Part shown: piece after piece, positions 39,370-49,139 of the stretch
Layout of the letters: every line of letters begins with the position of its first letter
Numbering within the stretch: position 1 is the stretch's first letter
Source of the DNA: Thermoplasmatales archaeon SW_10_69_26
GTDB taxonomy: Archaea > Thermoplasmatota > SW-10-69-26
NCBI GenBank assembly: GCA_003009755.1
Contig: PXUB01000036.1
Location: 1 to 64,000 of the forward strand
Direction of reading: 5' to 3'
DNA length: 64,000 nt
Notes under the pieces: model-generated
Told to the model about the DNA's origin: nothing
What the model saw: the letters and a program-made list of their open reading frames with translations, nothing else
The model's database searches: none
Program-made: the position numbers and the translations under genes

Positions 39370-40427
39370 CGTCCGAGGAACCCCTGGTCGACAGGCAGGC
39401 GCTGCGCGGCTTCCTCGAGAGCGAGGTCCCCGTCGGCGACAAGGAGCCCGACTACGAGGTCGTCCGCGTCGGCGAGGGCAAGAGCAACGAGACGTTCTTC
39501 GTCACGTGGGGCGCCAAGACCTACGTCCTGCGCCGGCCGCCGCGAGGCGCGTTCCTGCCGACCGCGCACGACGTCTTGCGCGAGTACCGCGTCCTCTCGG
39601 CCCTGCAGGACGAGGGCGTGCGCATCCCGCGCCCGGTCGCCGCGTGCGAGGACGAGGACGTGATCGGGGCCGAGTTCTACCTGATGGAGAAGGTCGAGGG
39701 CCACGTCATCCGCCAGGAGCTGCCCGCAGCCTACCAGGACCCCGACCACCACGAGGCGATCGGGACCGAGCTCGTCGACACCCTCGCCGAGCTGCACAAC
39801 GTCGAGTGGGAGGGCACCGATCTCGCGGACATCGGCTACGCCTCCGGGTACCTCGAGCGGCAGGTCGAGCGCTGGCAGGACCAGTGGGCGCGGACCCGCG
39901 ACCGCACCGAGGACGTGCGCGAGGTCCCCGAGCTCGACGAGGTCGGCGACTGGCTGGAGGACAACCTGCCGGAGACCGACCAGACGACCGTCGTCCACGG
40001 CGACTACAAGCTCGACAACGTCGTGTTCGCCGACACGCCGCCGCGCCTGGTCGGGATCCTCGACTGGGAGATGGCGACGCTGGGCGACCCGATCGCCGAC
40101 CTGGGCTACATGCTCGCGTTCTGGCGCGAGGCGGGCGACCCGGCCGAGGATCTGCTCGGCATCGAACCCCGGTTGACGGAGAGGCCGAGCTTCCCCTCGC
40201 GCGAGGAGCTGGTGGGCCGTTACGAGCGCGCCACCGGGCTCGACACCTCGCGCCTGGACTGGTACAAGACGCTGGCCATCTGGAAGCTGGCGATCCTGCT
40301 CGAGGGATCGTATGCCCGGTTCCTCGCCGACAGGGAGACCGATCCCTTCTTCGAGCTGATGGAGGAGGGCGTCCCCCGGCTGGCCGAACGCGCCAAGGCG
40401 GTCGCGCTGGGCGAGCGGGACATCTAG
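39366..40427 (+). CDS. APH-like phosphotransferase (ACAD10/11 N-terminal type)
   Basis: G.SNET, LRRPP, AHDVLREY, HGDYKLDN, LDWEMATLGDP; GTGA overlap with the upstream gene. Confidence 0.9.
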   Translation: MTSEEPLVDRQALRGFLESEVPVGDKEPDYEVVRVGEGKSNETFFVTWGAKTYVLRRPPRGAFLPTAHDVLREYRVLSALQDEGVRIPRPVAACEDEDVIGAEFYLMEKVEGHVIRQELPAAYQDPDHHEAIGTELVDTLAELHNVEWEGTDLADIGYASGYLERQVERWQDQWARTRDRTEDVREVPELDEVGDWLEDNLPETDQTTVVHGDYKLDNVVFADTPPRLVGILDWEMATLGDPIADLGYMLAFWREAGDPAEDLLGIEPRLTERPSFPSREELVGRYERATGLDTSRLDWYKTLAIWKLAILLEGSYARFLADRETDPFFELMEEGVPRLAERAKAVALGERDI

Positions 40428-40429
40428 CG

Positions 40430-41077
40430 ATGCAGCGCCTGGTCCTGATGCGGCACGCCCAGGCCCGCCCGGGCCCCGACCAGGAGGAGGGCCAGCTGTT
40501 CTCCACCGCCGACGAGCCCCTCTCCGAGGCGGGGCGCGCCCAGGCTCGCCGGGCGGGCGAGCTCGTGGCAGCCGCCCCGTTCGACGTGGACGGCGTGCAC
40601 GCCAGCCCGGCGATCCGCTGCCGGCAGACGGCCCAGCTCGTCGTCGAGGCGCTGCCCGGCGAGCACGAGATCGTCGAGCACCCCGACCTGCTCGAGGTCC
40701 CCTACCGCGAGCCGGGGACCAGCTACCGCGAGGTGCTGGAGACGATCGTGGCCACCGCCAAGCGCCTGCGCGAGGATCCCGATCCCGAGCTGCCGACGGG
40801 CCCGAGCTGGCAGCAGGCCACCGGCCGTTTCGCGGACGCGATCGGGGCGATCCGCGAGCGGTCCGGCAACCGCTTGGTCGTCGCCCACGGCGCCCAGAAC
40901 CGCGCCTGGCTGGTCGACCTGCTCGGCATGCCCGCCCACCGCCTGTTCTTCCTGGAGCAGGACCATGCCTGTCTGAACGTGGTCGCCGACGGGGACCGCC
41001 ACCCGGTCGTCCAGAAGCTCAACCTCACGCCCGAACCCCTGGAAAGCGACGAGGGGAGCCTGACCGAAGACGGCTGA
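40430..41077 (+). CDS. Histidine phosphatase family protein
   Basis: LMRHAQ, PLSEAGRAQA, ASP..RCRQTA, VAHG. Confidence 0.88.
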   Translation: MQRLVLMRHAQARPGPDQEEGQLFSTADEPLSEAGRAQARRAGELVAAAPFDVDGVHASPAIRCRQTAQLVVEALPGEHEIVEHPDLLEVPYREPGTSYREVLETIVATAKRLREDPDPELPTGPSWQQATGRFADAIGAIRERSGNRLVVAHGAQNRAWLVDLLGMPAHRLFFLEQDHACLNVVADGDRHPVVQKLNLTPEPLESDEGSLTEDG

Positions 41078-41193
41078 AACCGGCACATCGCCGATTTTAA
41101 CGGTGTGTCTGGACAGGCCGTCCAACGATTCAACGATCTGGCCAATCGCCTTATCCCCCAGCGCCACGCATCGTGGGATGAGGTGACAGGAAC

Positions 41194-41409
41194 GTGGCAC
41201 GGCTCCGATGCGAGACCTGCGACGACGTCCTCGCCGAGGGCGTCCCCGCCGCGCAGGCTCGCCACGTCGCTCGCTTGCTCTGCTGGCAGTGCCAGCCGGG
41301 CGCGCGGGCCGGCCCCCGAGCGAGCTCGGAGGTGACGGGCATGGACGCAACACATCGACACCGATCGTCGCTCGCCGGAGCCGGAGCCACGCCGCCTCGC
41401 CCGGGTTGA
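41194..41409 (+). CDS. Possible small zinc-finger protein
   Basis: CETC...CWQC; GAGGTGA ribosome-binding-site-like motif just upstream. Start approximate. Confidence 0.35.
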   Translation: MARLRCETCDDVLAEGVPAAQARHVARLLCWQCQPGARAGPRASSEVTGMDATHRHRSSLAGAGATPPRPG

Positions 41410-41506
41410 CCCCCGCCCGGTTCGCACGACCGCTACATCTTTGCCTCACTGGTCCTCCGTCCGGGCGGGGCCAACCTTCTTCTCTGGGGCAGCGTTCACG
41501 TCCCCC

Positions 41507-42196
41507 GTGCCTGACGACGGCGTCGACGTGCGCGCCCACCATCGGGCCCAGCGTCGTCGCCGACGGGACACCCAGGCCTCGGCCAGCCCGACCGAGCGCC
41601 TGGAGCAGGCCTACCGCGCCTTCTGCCTGTGGCGGGGCACCCCCGAGGGCATCGAGGAGACCGATCCCGTGCACGAGCTCGACGACGTCGTCAACCAGCT
41701 CGCCGACCGCCTCGAACGCTCCGGCGTCCCCTTCGTGATCGGGGGCGCGTTCGCGTTGGCGATCCACGGCAACCCGCGGTTCACGTACAACCTCGACGTG
41801 ATGGTGCTCACCGACGTCCACCGCGCCCAGAGCGCGCTGGCCGACCCCCGCTACGAGGAGCTGTCCCCCGTCAGCTACCGGGAGACGACGACCGACCTCC
41901 TGATCGATCTGCATCCGGTGCGCGACCAGGCCCAACGTTGGGCCGCCGAAGAGGCCCAGCCCGTCGAGATCGCCGACCGCGAGATCAACGTACTCACGGC
42001 GGAAGGGCTGGCCGTGATGCTGTTGCGCGAAGCCTCGCAGGCGGAGGACGAGGTGCGCCCGCTGCGGCTGCGCGACGTGGAGCTGCTCGCCCAGCAGCCC
42101 GGCCTGGACTGGGGCGAGGTTCGCCGCCAGGTCGACCGCTTCGGGTACGAGGACGCCTACGGCGCGATCGAGGCCGAGGGCAAGCCCGAGCGCTGA
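41507..42196 (+). CDS. Nucleotidyltransferase-fold protein
   Basis: VPFVIGGAFALAIHGNPRFTYNLDVMV and C-terminal LRDVELL; basic N-terminal extension. Confidence 0.7.
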   Translation: MPDDGVDVRAHHRAQRRRRRDTQASASPTERLEQAYRAFCLWRGTPEGIEETDPVHELDDVVNQLADRLERSGVPFVIGGAFALAIHGNPRFTYNLDVMVLTDVHRAQSALADPRYEELSPVSYRETTTDLLIDLHPVRDQAQRWAAEEAQPVEIADREINVLTAEGLAVMLLREASQAEDEVRPLRLRDVELLAQQPGLDWGEVRRQVDRFGYEDAYGAIEAEGKPER

Positions 42197-45100
42197 GCCA
42201 GCGGGCTCGTCACGGACAGCGGGATCTGCCCCCACGTCACCGTGTAATCCCCACCGCCGGTGTTGGAGCCGTCCTCGCGAGGCACCGGCTCGACGACGAG
42301 GACGTGGTCGCCGGTCAGCCGCGTCTCGAAGGACCACACGAAGGTCCCGTTCGCCAGGCTAGCGGTGGTGTCCCGCGTGGTCCCGTCGGGTTCGATCAGC
42401 GTCGCTTGGACCTGGGAGCCGGTGCTCATCTCGAGCGCGACCGTGCTCGTCGTGCCGGCGGTCAGATCCAGCGCGTAGGCGTCGCCGTCGTCGCCGTCCT
42501 CGAGCGTGCCTTGGAACGCGAGCGGGGGCGCCTGGGTGGCGTTGTCTGGGTCGTCGTCGGCGTCCTGGCCGGTGCGGGCGTCGTTCGTGACCAGGCCCGG
42601 CATCGGGTCGCGCACGGACAGCGTGACGTGGTGGTTGCCGACGCCGTTGACGCGCTCGATCGCGAGGTAGTAGGTGCCCGTGTAGTGGCTGGGCAGCTGG
42701 CGCACGGCCTCCGGGCGGCCCTTGAGGGTGTAGGGACCGCCGAGGTTGCTGCGGTCGAGCTCGCGGCAGTCCTCGTCGTAGAGGGTGAAGGCCATGGCGA
42801 CGCCGTCGGTGGTCTCGCCGGGCTTGAGCGTGGCCGTGACGAGGTCGCCGATGTCGGCCTCGAAGCGGTAGACGTCGGCCTGGTCGTCCTCGCGGATCAC
42901 GCCGGCCCACTGGCCGTCGGTGATCTCGGGGATGTCCTCGGCCGGCGCCTGGCAGGTGGCGGGCGCATCGGCGCCGCTGAGCGCGTCGCTTTGCGGGAGC
43001 AGCGGGACCGGCGTGATCGTCGCCTCGAAGCTGTAGAACGTGTAGGGGGCGTGGAAGGCGAACGGGCCCTCGCGGAAGGCGTCGAGCTGGTCGACGACGA
43101 CGGTCCAGGTCCCGTCGATGTCGGCGTTCATCTCGACGCGCTGGGCGGTGTGGGTGCCATCCAGCAGGGCTTGGGCGCGCAGTTGGCCCTCGGGGTCGTA
43201 CAGCTCGACCGTCATCGTCGGCAGGCCCACGTCGGGCTCGGGGGAGCTGGCCGTTGGAGTGCCGTCGTAGCCGGCGCTGGCGCCGGCCAGGCGGGCGCGC
43301 GTGGCGGGCTCGAGCTCGACCGTGATCTTGTCGCCGTGCTCGGCCTCGAGCGCGAACGTGTCCTCGCGGTCGCCGGGGGCGAACCCGGCGTCGTAGAGGC
43401 CCGGCGTGATCGCGACCGGGTCCTCGTCGGTGGCGTCGCGGCCGCTGTCGGCGTCGTCCTGGTCGGCCAGCTCGCGGTCCTGGTCGGTGAAGGTCGGGCC
43501 GGGGGCGGCTAGGTGGACGTCGCCGACGATGATCTCCTCGCGGCCGTAGCCGTCGGGCGCGACGACGTGGATCAGGTTCGAGCGGTAGCGGATCTCGCCC
43601 TCGCCGGTCTCGACCTCGCGCTCGAACAGGCGCACGTAGCCCTCTCCCGGGAGGTCGACCTCGATCGGGCCCTGGCGGTCGTCGACGTCGATCTCGGTCC
43701 CGTCGACGACGAGGCGTTCGATGCGGCGCTGCTCGTCGACGAGCTGGGCGGTCCCGTTCACGACGTCCGCCCCCACGCTGGCCTCGTGGACGAGGCTCTC
43801 GGCGCGCACGAGGCCGTCGAGGAGCTCGATCTCGGCGATCTCGCTGTAGCCGTGAGCCTGCAGGTCCGGGGCCTGATAGGTGAGCCTGCCCCGCTCGTCG
43901 ACGCCCTCGGCGTGCACCGTGGACGCGCCGTCGTCGAGGGTGGCCTGGCGGTGGCTCTCGGCGAGGTCGGAGCCCACCAGGTGGACGCCCTCGGAGCGGT
44001 ACTCGACGTGCTCGGGCGCCGCGAACCCGGTCCACAGCCCGACGGTGCGCGCCTCGGCGGGGACGTCCTCGACGACGAGGTCGACGATGCAGGTCGCCGA
44101 CTGGCCGAGCTCGTCGGTGGCCTCGATCGCGACCTGGTAGGTGCCCTTGACGGGGTCCGTCCAGGTCACGTTGGCTCGGGCCGGGTCGGCGGGTAGATCG
44201 CCCTCGAGGGTGAGACCGGCGGGCGCGCTGGCGAGGGCAAGGTCCACCTCAATGACGTCCTCGGGCGAGTCCGCCTCGACGGGGAAGGCCAACGGCAGGC
44301 CGGCTAAGCCCTCCACCGTCTCGCCGGTGACGCAGGGGCCCTCGGTGAACGCCGGCGGGGGGACGTCGGGCACGTGGAGGTCGGCACTCGCGTTCGTGGT
44401 GAGGCCGACCCAGTCGATCGCTTGCCCGTCGAGCGTGTAGTTGCCCGCCCCGACGCTCGTGGCCGGGAACGTCGAGGTCGTGATGTTGGTCGCGTTTTCG
44501 GCGTAGCTCCAGCTCGTGCCGGGGACGTCGAGGGCGACGTCGTGGAGGTAGCAGTTGTCGTCGGCGGCGGCCTCGAAGCGGAGGTCGCCGACGAGCGTGG
44601 CACGGTCGGCGTAGGCCCCGGTCCCGGGGCCCTGGTCGACGCCGTTCACGTACTTGTGGCCCTCCTCGGGCGTCGTGTAGGACAGCGTCGGCTCCTGGGT
44701 GTCGTTGCGGTCGGTGACGTTGCCGGCCAGTTGGAGGAACACCTGCTCGATGTCCTCGGTCGAGGCGTCGTAGAAGTGCTCGTCGGTCGGCTGGCTGGCG
44801 ATCTGCTTGAGCTCGTCCTCGTCGGCGCCGTCGCCGAAGGCGATCGTGAAGATCTCGATGCCGTCGGCCTTGGCCTCCTCGGCCTCTACGACGGGATCGG
44901 AGCCGGCGTTCGTGTTGCCGTCGGCGAGCACGATCATGACGTCGCGGCCTTGGTCGAGACCGCTGGCGTTGAGGTCCTCGTGGGAGAGGTTGATCCCGTC
45001 GCCGGTGGCGGTCCCGCCGCCGGCGGTGAGGTTCTCGATCGCGGACGCTGTGGCGTTGTGGTCGGGACTGACGGATTGACGCAGGTAGGCGCTGTAGTCG

Positions 45101-45363
45101 AAGGAGACCAGCCCGGAGTACTGCTCGTCGGTGAGGCTGTCGGTGAGATCGAGGGCGCCGTTCTTGGCGGCCTCGATCTTCTCGCCGTCCATGCTGCCGG
45201 ACTCGTCGAGCACGAACCCGACGTCGACGTGGGGCTCCTCCACGAAGCAGTCGTCCCGGGCTGCGGCTCGGGCCTCGTCGAACATCAGCGAGCCGCCGGC
45301 GAGGGCCAAGATGATGGCCAGGCTCGCTTTGGCTAGCGTTCCGGTTCGGGCTCCTCCCGTCAT
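42157..45363 (-). CDS. Large secreted vWA-domain protein with PPC-like beta-sandwich repeats
   Basis: MIDAS motif DESGS, GGTATGDG, LADG; repeated DA.SG.DA...D..D.Y modules. Confidence 0.85.
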   Translation of the reverse strand: MTGGARTGTLAKASLAIILALAGGSLMFDEARAAARDDCFVEEPHVDVGFVLDESGSMDGEKIEAAKNGALDLTDSLTDEQYSGLVSFDYSAYLRQSVSPDHNATASAIENLTAGGGTATGDGINLSHEDLNASGLDQGRDVMIVLADGNTNAGSDPVVEAEEAKADGIEIFTIAFGDGADEDELKQIASQPTDEHFYDASTEDIEQVFLQLAGNVTDRNDTQEPTLSYTTPEEGHKYVNGVDQGPGTGAYADRATLVGDLRFEAAADDNCYLHDVALDVPGTSWSYAENATNITTSTFPATSVGAGNYTLDGQAIDWVGLTTNASADLHVPDVPPPAFTEGPCVTGETVEGLAGLPLAFPVEADSPEDVIEVDLALASAPAGLTLEGDLPADPARANVTWTDPVKGTYQVAIEATDELGQSATCIVDLVVEDVPAEARTVGLWTGFAAPEHVEYRSEGVHLVGSDLAESHRQATLDDGASTVHAEGVDERGRLTYQAPDLQAHGYSEIAEIELLDGLVRAESLVHEASVGADVVNGTAQLVDEQRRIERLVVDGTEIDVDDRQGPIEVDLPGEGYVRLFEREVETGEGEIRYRSNLIHVVAPDGYGREEIIVGDVHLAAPGPTFTDQDRELADQDDADSGRDATDEDPVAITPGLYDAGFAPGDREDTFALEAEHGDKITVELEPATRARLAGASAGYDGTPTASSPEPDVGLPTMTVELYDPEGQLRAQALLDGTHTAQRVEMNADIDGTWTVVVDQLDAFREGPFAFHAPYTFYSFEATITPVPLLPQSDALSGADAPATCQAPAEDIPEITDGQWAGVIREDDQADVYRFEADIGDLVTATLKPGETTDGVAMAFTLYDEDCRELDRSNLGGPYTLKGRPEAVRQLPSHYTGTYYLAIERVNGVGNHHVTLSVRDPMPGLVTNDARTGQDADDDPDNATQAPPLAFQGTLEDGDDGDAYALDLTAGTTSTVALEMSTGSQVQATLIEPDGTTRDTTASLANGTFVWSFETRLTGDHVLVVEPVPREDGSNTGGGDYTVTWGQIPLSVTSPLAQRSGLPSASIAP

Positions 45364-45441
45364 CCTCCGCCTCGAACGTCGGATAGGCTGGGCCGAGTGT
45401 AAGCGTTGGGGCGGCCCCCAGGTCAGTGGCAAGCCGGCGGC

Positions 45442-46746
45442 TTAGCCCTCGAGCCGGAGGACGCGCCCGTCGGTGATCCGGCCCGCGCGATCAGTGGTCA
45501 ACCAGCCGTCCTCGTCGGTGTCGGGGGCGTCTTCGGGCACGCTGGCGCCGCGGACCTGGATCCGGCTCGGCGCGGCCTCGTCCCGCGAGCGGACGTCGGT
45601 GCGGGGCGCCGGCGGTCCGCCCTGGTCGGGGGCTGGGCTGGCCTCGGGCACGGTGACCAGGCCCGCCGCGGGGTGGGCGTAGGGTTCGGCCACGGGGACG
45701 CCCAGCGCACGGAACCACTCGGCGTGCTCGTCGGCCAGGGGCGCGGGCGTGACGATGCGGGTCTTCCCGAGGCCCATCTCGGCGCGCATCTGCGCGAGCA
45801 CGAGACCCTCGGCCAGCCAGCGCTTGGCGCGCAGGCCGAGCCCGGGGCCACCATCGGCGCGGGCTCGGCTGGCCCGGTGCCCGATGTCGTGGGCCCAGGT
45901 GAACAGCTGGCGCTGCATCGGCTCGCTGGCGGCCAGCCGCTCCTCGACGTCCGCCCGCAGCCGGGCCAGCGGGGCCTGGGAGGTCACCAGCAGATCGGGC
46001 TGGCAGGTGCGCACGTGCTCTGGGAGCGCCGACGACGGGTACCAGACCTCGGCTCCCTGGGCCAGCAGGGCCAGGGGGCCGACCTCGCGCCCGAACCGGG
46101 TCGTGGGGGCGGCCAGCGAGGCGGCGCGGTCGCCGGGGTCGATCGGCCAGGTGGCCGCTGCGGCGGCGACGTTGGCGGCGACGTTGGCGTGCGTGAGCGT
46201 GAGCGGCTCGTCCTGGGGGAGGACGGCGGCGGGATCGTCGGCCTCGATCGCTCGCCAGCGCTCCGCGAAGGGGGCCGGTTGCTGGCCGAGCACCTGCTGG
46301 CCGCGCCGGTACAGCTCCGACATCGCGATCGGGTCATCGTCGTCGGGGGTCTCCTCGTCGGTGAGCAGGACGATCGTGTCGGTCGGGACAGCCGCCTCCG
46401 CCGCCGCGGCCGGGTCGACGAACGCGACGTCGACGTCCGGCTGGGCCAGCCGCTTGCCCTCGGCCGAGGCGTCGTCGGGGTCGAGGGGGACGAGCGTGGC
46501 GCCGGCGTGGGTGATGGCGAGGTCGGCGATGGTGGCCAGGGGCCGGTTGCCGGTGAGGAGGCCGACCGGGTCGCCGGGGTCGACGCCGAGCTGGGCGAGG
46601 CCGACGGTGGCCTCCTCGACCAGGCGGCCGAGCTGGGCGTACGTGACGGGGTGCCAGTCGCCCTCGCGAGGGTAGCGCATGGCGGTCCGGGGGCCGTGGT
46701 CGTCGACGGCGGCCTGGAAGAGATCGGCGATCGTCTGGGCCCGCAT
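45442..46746 (-). CDS. Degenerate long-chain acyl-CoA synthetase-like (AMP-binding) protein
   Basis: FACL-like N-terminus, LTHANV, DEDGWLTTD.G.I.DG; P-loop missing and C-terminal domain absent. Confidence 0.7.
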   Translation of the reverse strand: MRAQTIADLFQAAVDDHGPRTAMRYPREGDWHPVTYAQLGRLVEEATVGLAQLGVDPGDPVGLLTGNRPLATIADLAITHAGATLVPLDPDDASAEGKRLAQPDVDVAFVDPAAAAEAAVPTDTIVLLTDEETPDDDDPIAMSELYRRGQQVLGQQPAPFAERWRAIEADDPAAVLPQDEPLTLTHANVAANVAAAAATWPIDPGDRAASLAAPTTRFGREVGPLALLAQGAEVWYPSSALPEHVRTCQPDLLVTSQAPLARLRADVEERLAASEPMQRQLFTWAHDIGHRASRARADGGPGLGLRAKRWLAEGLVLAQMRAEMGLGKTRIVTPAPLADEHAEWFRALGVPVAEPYAHPAAGLVTVPEASPAPDQGGPPAPRTDVRSRDEAAPSRIQVRGASVPEDAPDTDEDGWLTTDRAGRITDGRVLRLEG

Positions 46747-46921
46747 CCGCAGGGGCCAAGGTCCCCGAGGTGGAAAGGCCTCCGGTGCGGACCGCACGTG
46801 GTCACCTCGGGGGGAGGCCCCACGCCACGGAGGCGCTGGCCGTCGGTGGACCGGTTCGTTTCACGCGCGCCGCCAACCCGCCTTTATGGGGGTCCGGCCA
46901 GAGCCAGGGAGCGGTGTCGAC

Positions 46922-47080
46922 GTGAACGTCCAGGAGCATCCCAACATGGCGGAGTACCTGACCCGGTTCCTGCTGAACGTGCAAAAGCACGCGATCATCG
47001 AGGAGACCCAGGAGTTCCGGGTCGAGATCCGGGAGGGCGAGGACGAGATTCGCGAGGACTTGCGCGAGATGCTTCGGTGA
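46922..47080 (+). CDS. Small hypothetical protein (52 aa)
   Basis: VNVQEHPNMAEYLTRFLLNVQKHAIIEETQEFRVEIREG...; typical codon bias. Confidence 0.55.
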   Translation: MNVQEHPNMAEYLTRFLLNVQKHAIIEETQEFRVEIREGEDEIREDLREMLR

Positions 47081-47126
47081 GGGACGACCCGAAGATCCGG
47101 AGCACAACGGAGAGGTCCGGCGGCCC

Positions 47127-47981
47127 TCACGTGTCGGAGGCCAAGCCCTCGGCGAGGCTCTCGGCGGCGCCGCGCAGCGCCCTCGCGCTGGCGGCCTCGG
47201 GGTCGGCCAGGACGATCGGCTTGCCGTCGTCGGCTCCCTCGCGCAGCCCGGGATCGATGGGGATCTCGGCGAGCAGGGGGACCTCGAGCTCCTCGGCGAG
47301 CCGGCGGCCGCCGCCTTCACCGAAGATGGCGTGCTCTCGGCCGCACTCGCACTCGAAGGGGCTCATGTTCTCGACGATGCCGACGACGGGGATCTCGACG
47401 GTGACGGCGAACCGGAAGTTCAGCGCGACGTCCTCGGTGGAGACGAGCTGGGGTGTGGTCACGAGGACGGCGCGCGTCTTCTCGGTGGGGACGAGCTCGG
47501 AGACGCTGAGCGGTTCGTCGCTGGTGCCGGGCGGCAGGTCGAGCACGAGCACGTCGAGATCGGGCCAGTCGATGCGGCCCAGCAGGCTGGAGATCATCTT
47601 CTGCTTGAGCGGGCCGCGCCAAGCCAGCGACTTCTCGGCGGGCTTGAAGAAGGCGGCCGAGGCGACGGGGATCGAGCCCAGCCGCGGCGGCTCGAAGGGA
47701 CCCTGACCCTCGAACTGGAACCCGTCGAGCCCGGTCATGCGGGGCGTGTTCGGGTTCGTGATGTCGAAGTCGGTGAGGCCCACGTCGAGGCCGGCCTCGT
47801 CGAGCGCGCAGGCGAGGTTCACGGCGACGGTGGACTTGCCGACGCCGCCCTTGCCGCTCATGACGACGAGCACGCGGTCGATGCCCTCCAGCGCCTCCTC
47901 GGCCTGTCGAGCCATGCCGTGCTGGGGACTGGGCGTGAACTCGGGTTCGAGCTCCCCGCCGTCGTCGGCCGCCTCGGGCAT
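47127..47981 (-). CDS. Mrp/NBP35 (ApbC) Fe-S cluster carrier ATPase
   Basis: SGKGGVGKST, WRGP, DLPPGTSD, TTPQ, ENMS..CECG. Confidence 0.92.
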   Translation of the reverse strand: MPEAADDGGELEPEFTPSPQHGMARQAEEALEGIDRVLVVMSGKGGVGKSTVAVNLACALDEAGLDVGLTDFDITNPNTPRMTGLDGFQFEGQGPFEPPRLGSIPVASAAFFKPAEKSLAWRGPLKQKMISSLLGRIDWPDLDVLVLDLPPGTSDEPLSVSELVPTEKTRAVLVTTPQLVSTEDVALNFRFAVTVEIPVVGIVENMSPFECECGREHAIFGEGGGRRLAEELEVPLLAEIPIDPGLREGADDGKPIVLADPEAASARALRGAAESLAEGLASDT

Positions 47982-48075
47982 ACCTCGCGGACGCCGCAAG
48001 GGGGGTAAGTACGTTGGGTGGAGGGAGGACAGGGAGGCGGGAGAGGTTGCAGAGCCCTCCACCCCGCCCGTCCCC

Positions 48076-48225
48076 ATAGACTGCCGGGCGTTATCTGCGT
48101 ACCTCTCGCCGCCCTCAGGAGGTCGAAAGCTAGGAGCCAAGACGACGGAAGGCCCGCAGGGCCTTTCGAGGTCGACGGCGACGACGCTTGGCGAGATGGT
48201 AGGCACATCGAGTCCGGCAGGCTAG
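48076..48225 (-). mobile_element. TIR-bounded element, copy 3 (150-bp internally deleted form)
   Basis: ATAGACTGCCGG... at 48076 and ...CCGGCAGGCTAG at 48225. 48076-48190 aligns with the reverse complement of 12045-12159; the CTAG contains the trm11 stop. Confidence 0.85.
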
Positions 48226-49115
48226 TGCCCGGCGCGGCGCTCGAACACGAAGATGTGCCGCGTCAAGGAGCCGTGCACGTACCACTCGAAGGTCTCGACG
48301 ACCTCGAGCGTGAGCGGGGCCAGGTCGGCCAGCTCGGGATCGGGCAGCACGACGACGAGGCGATCGCTGGCGTCGAGGCTGCCGGCGGCGACGGCGAGGA
48401 ACCGCTCGAACAGGTCCTGGCGCTCCTCGTCGTGGGTCTTGGAGGCTCGACCGTAGGGGGGATCGGTGGCGATGCCGTCGACGAACCCGACGGCGTCGGC
48501 CACGTCCTGGAAGTCTCCTTGCACGACGGCGCCGGTGGCCTCGAAGTGCTCGAGCGTGGACTGGGTGGCCTCGACCATGTCCTCGTCGAGGTCGCTGGCG
48601 AGCGTGTCGGCCCCGATGAGCGCGGCCTCGACCGCCAGGCCGCCGGTGCCGGCGAAGGGATCCCACAAGCGGCCGCCCTCGGGGACCTCGGTCAGGTTCA
48701 CCAGGGCTCTGGCCAACCGAGGGTGGAGCGTGACGGGCGAGTGGTCGGGTCGCTCCTCGACGTGGCGCTCCTCGTGGCTGGCGCGGTCGATCGTCGCGGC
48801 TTCGACGCCGACGACGGCCTCGTTGTCGAGCAGGACGCGCACGACGGCCTCGGGCTCGTCCAGGTCGACGTCGGCCTGGTCGCTGAGCGCTTGGCCGACC
48901 TCGCGTTCGATCGTCTCGGCCAGCTCGGCGCCGTGGGCTTCGGTGAGGCGCGAGCAGCGGACGGCGAACGTGTCGGCCTCGAGCTCGATCGCCTCCAGCT
49001 GCACCCGCTCGAGGTCGGCGTTGACCGGCGCGCCTCCGAGGGCGCGAGCGGCGGCGGCCGCCTCGGCGCGGGCCAGCTTCGGGTGCTCGCCGGACAGCTC
49101 GACGGCGTAGGCCAC
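48222..49115 (-). CDS. trm11: tRNA m2G10 methyltransferase (Trm11/TrmG10)
   Basis: ELSGEHP, THUMP-like region, LHPRLARALVNL, DPFAGTGG, TDPPYG, YVHGSLTR. Confidence 0.88.
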   Translation of the reverse strand: MAYAVELSGEHPKLARAEAAAAARALGGAPVNADLERVQLEAIELEADTFAVRCSRLTEAHGAELAETIEREVGQALSDQADVDLDEPEAVVRVLLDNEAVVGVEAATIDRASHEERHVEERPDHSPVTLHPRLARALVNLTEVPEGGRLWDPFAGTGGLAVEAALIGADTLASDLDEDMVEATQSTLEHFEATGAVVQGDFQDVADAVGFVDGIATDPPYGRASKTHDEERQDLFERFLAVAAGSLDASDRLVVVLPDPELADLAPLTLEVVETFEWYVHGSLTRHIFVFERRAGH

Positions 49116-49139
49116 GGGCCGGGAAGGGGGAGGGTCACG

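Noticed and set aside
37173-40427. Very long alternative ORFs (e.g. 1084 aa here, 722 aa at 2194-4362, 807 aa at 32151-34574)
   Set aside because: Arg/Pro/Gly-rich shadow frames typical of very high GC DNA that overlap well-supported genes; only 39366-40427 of this frame is a real CDS.
48076-48225. Element ends as integron attC sites
   Set aside because: No GTTRRRY/RYYYAAC cores, no tandem cassette array, and one copy follows a housekeeping gene.
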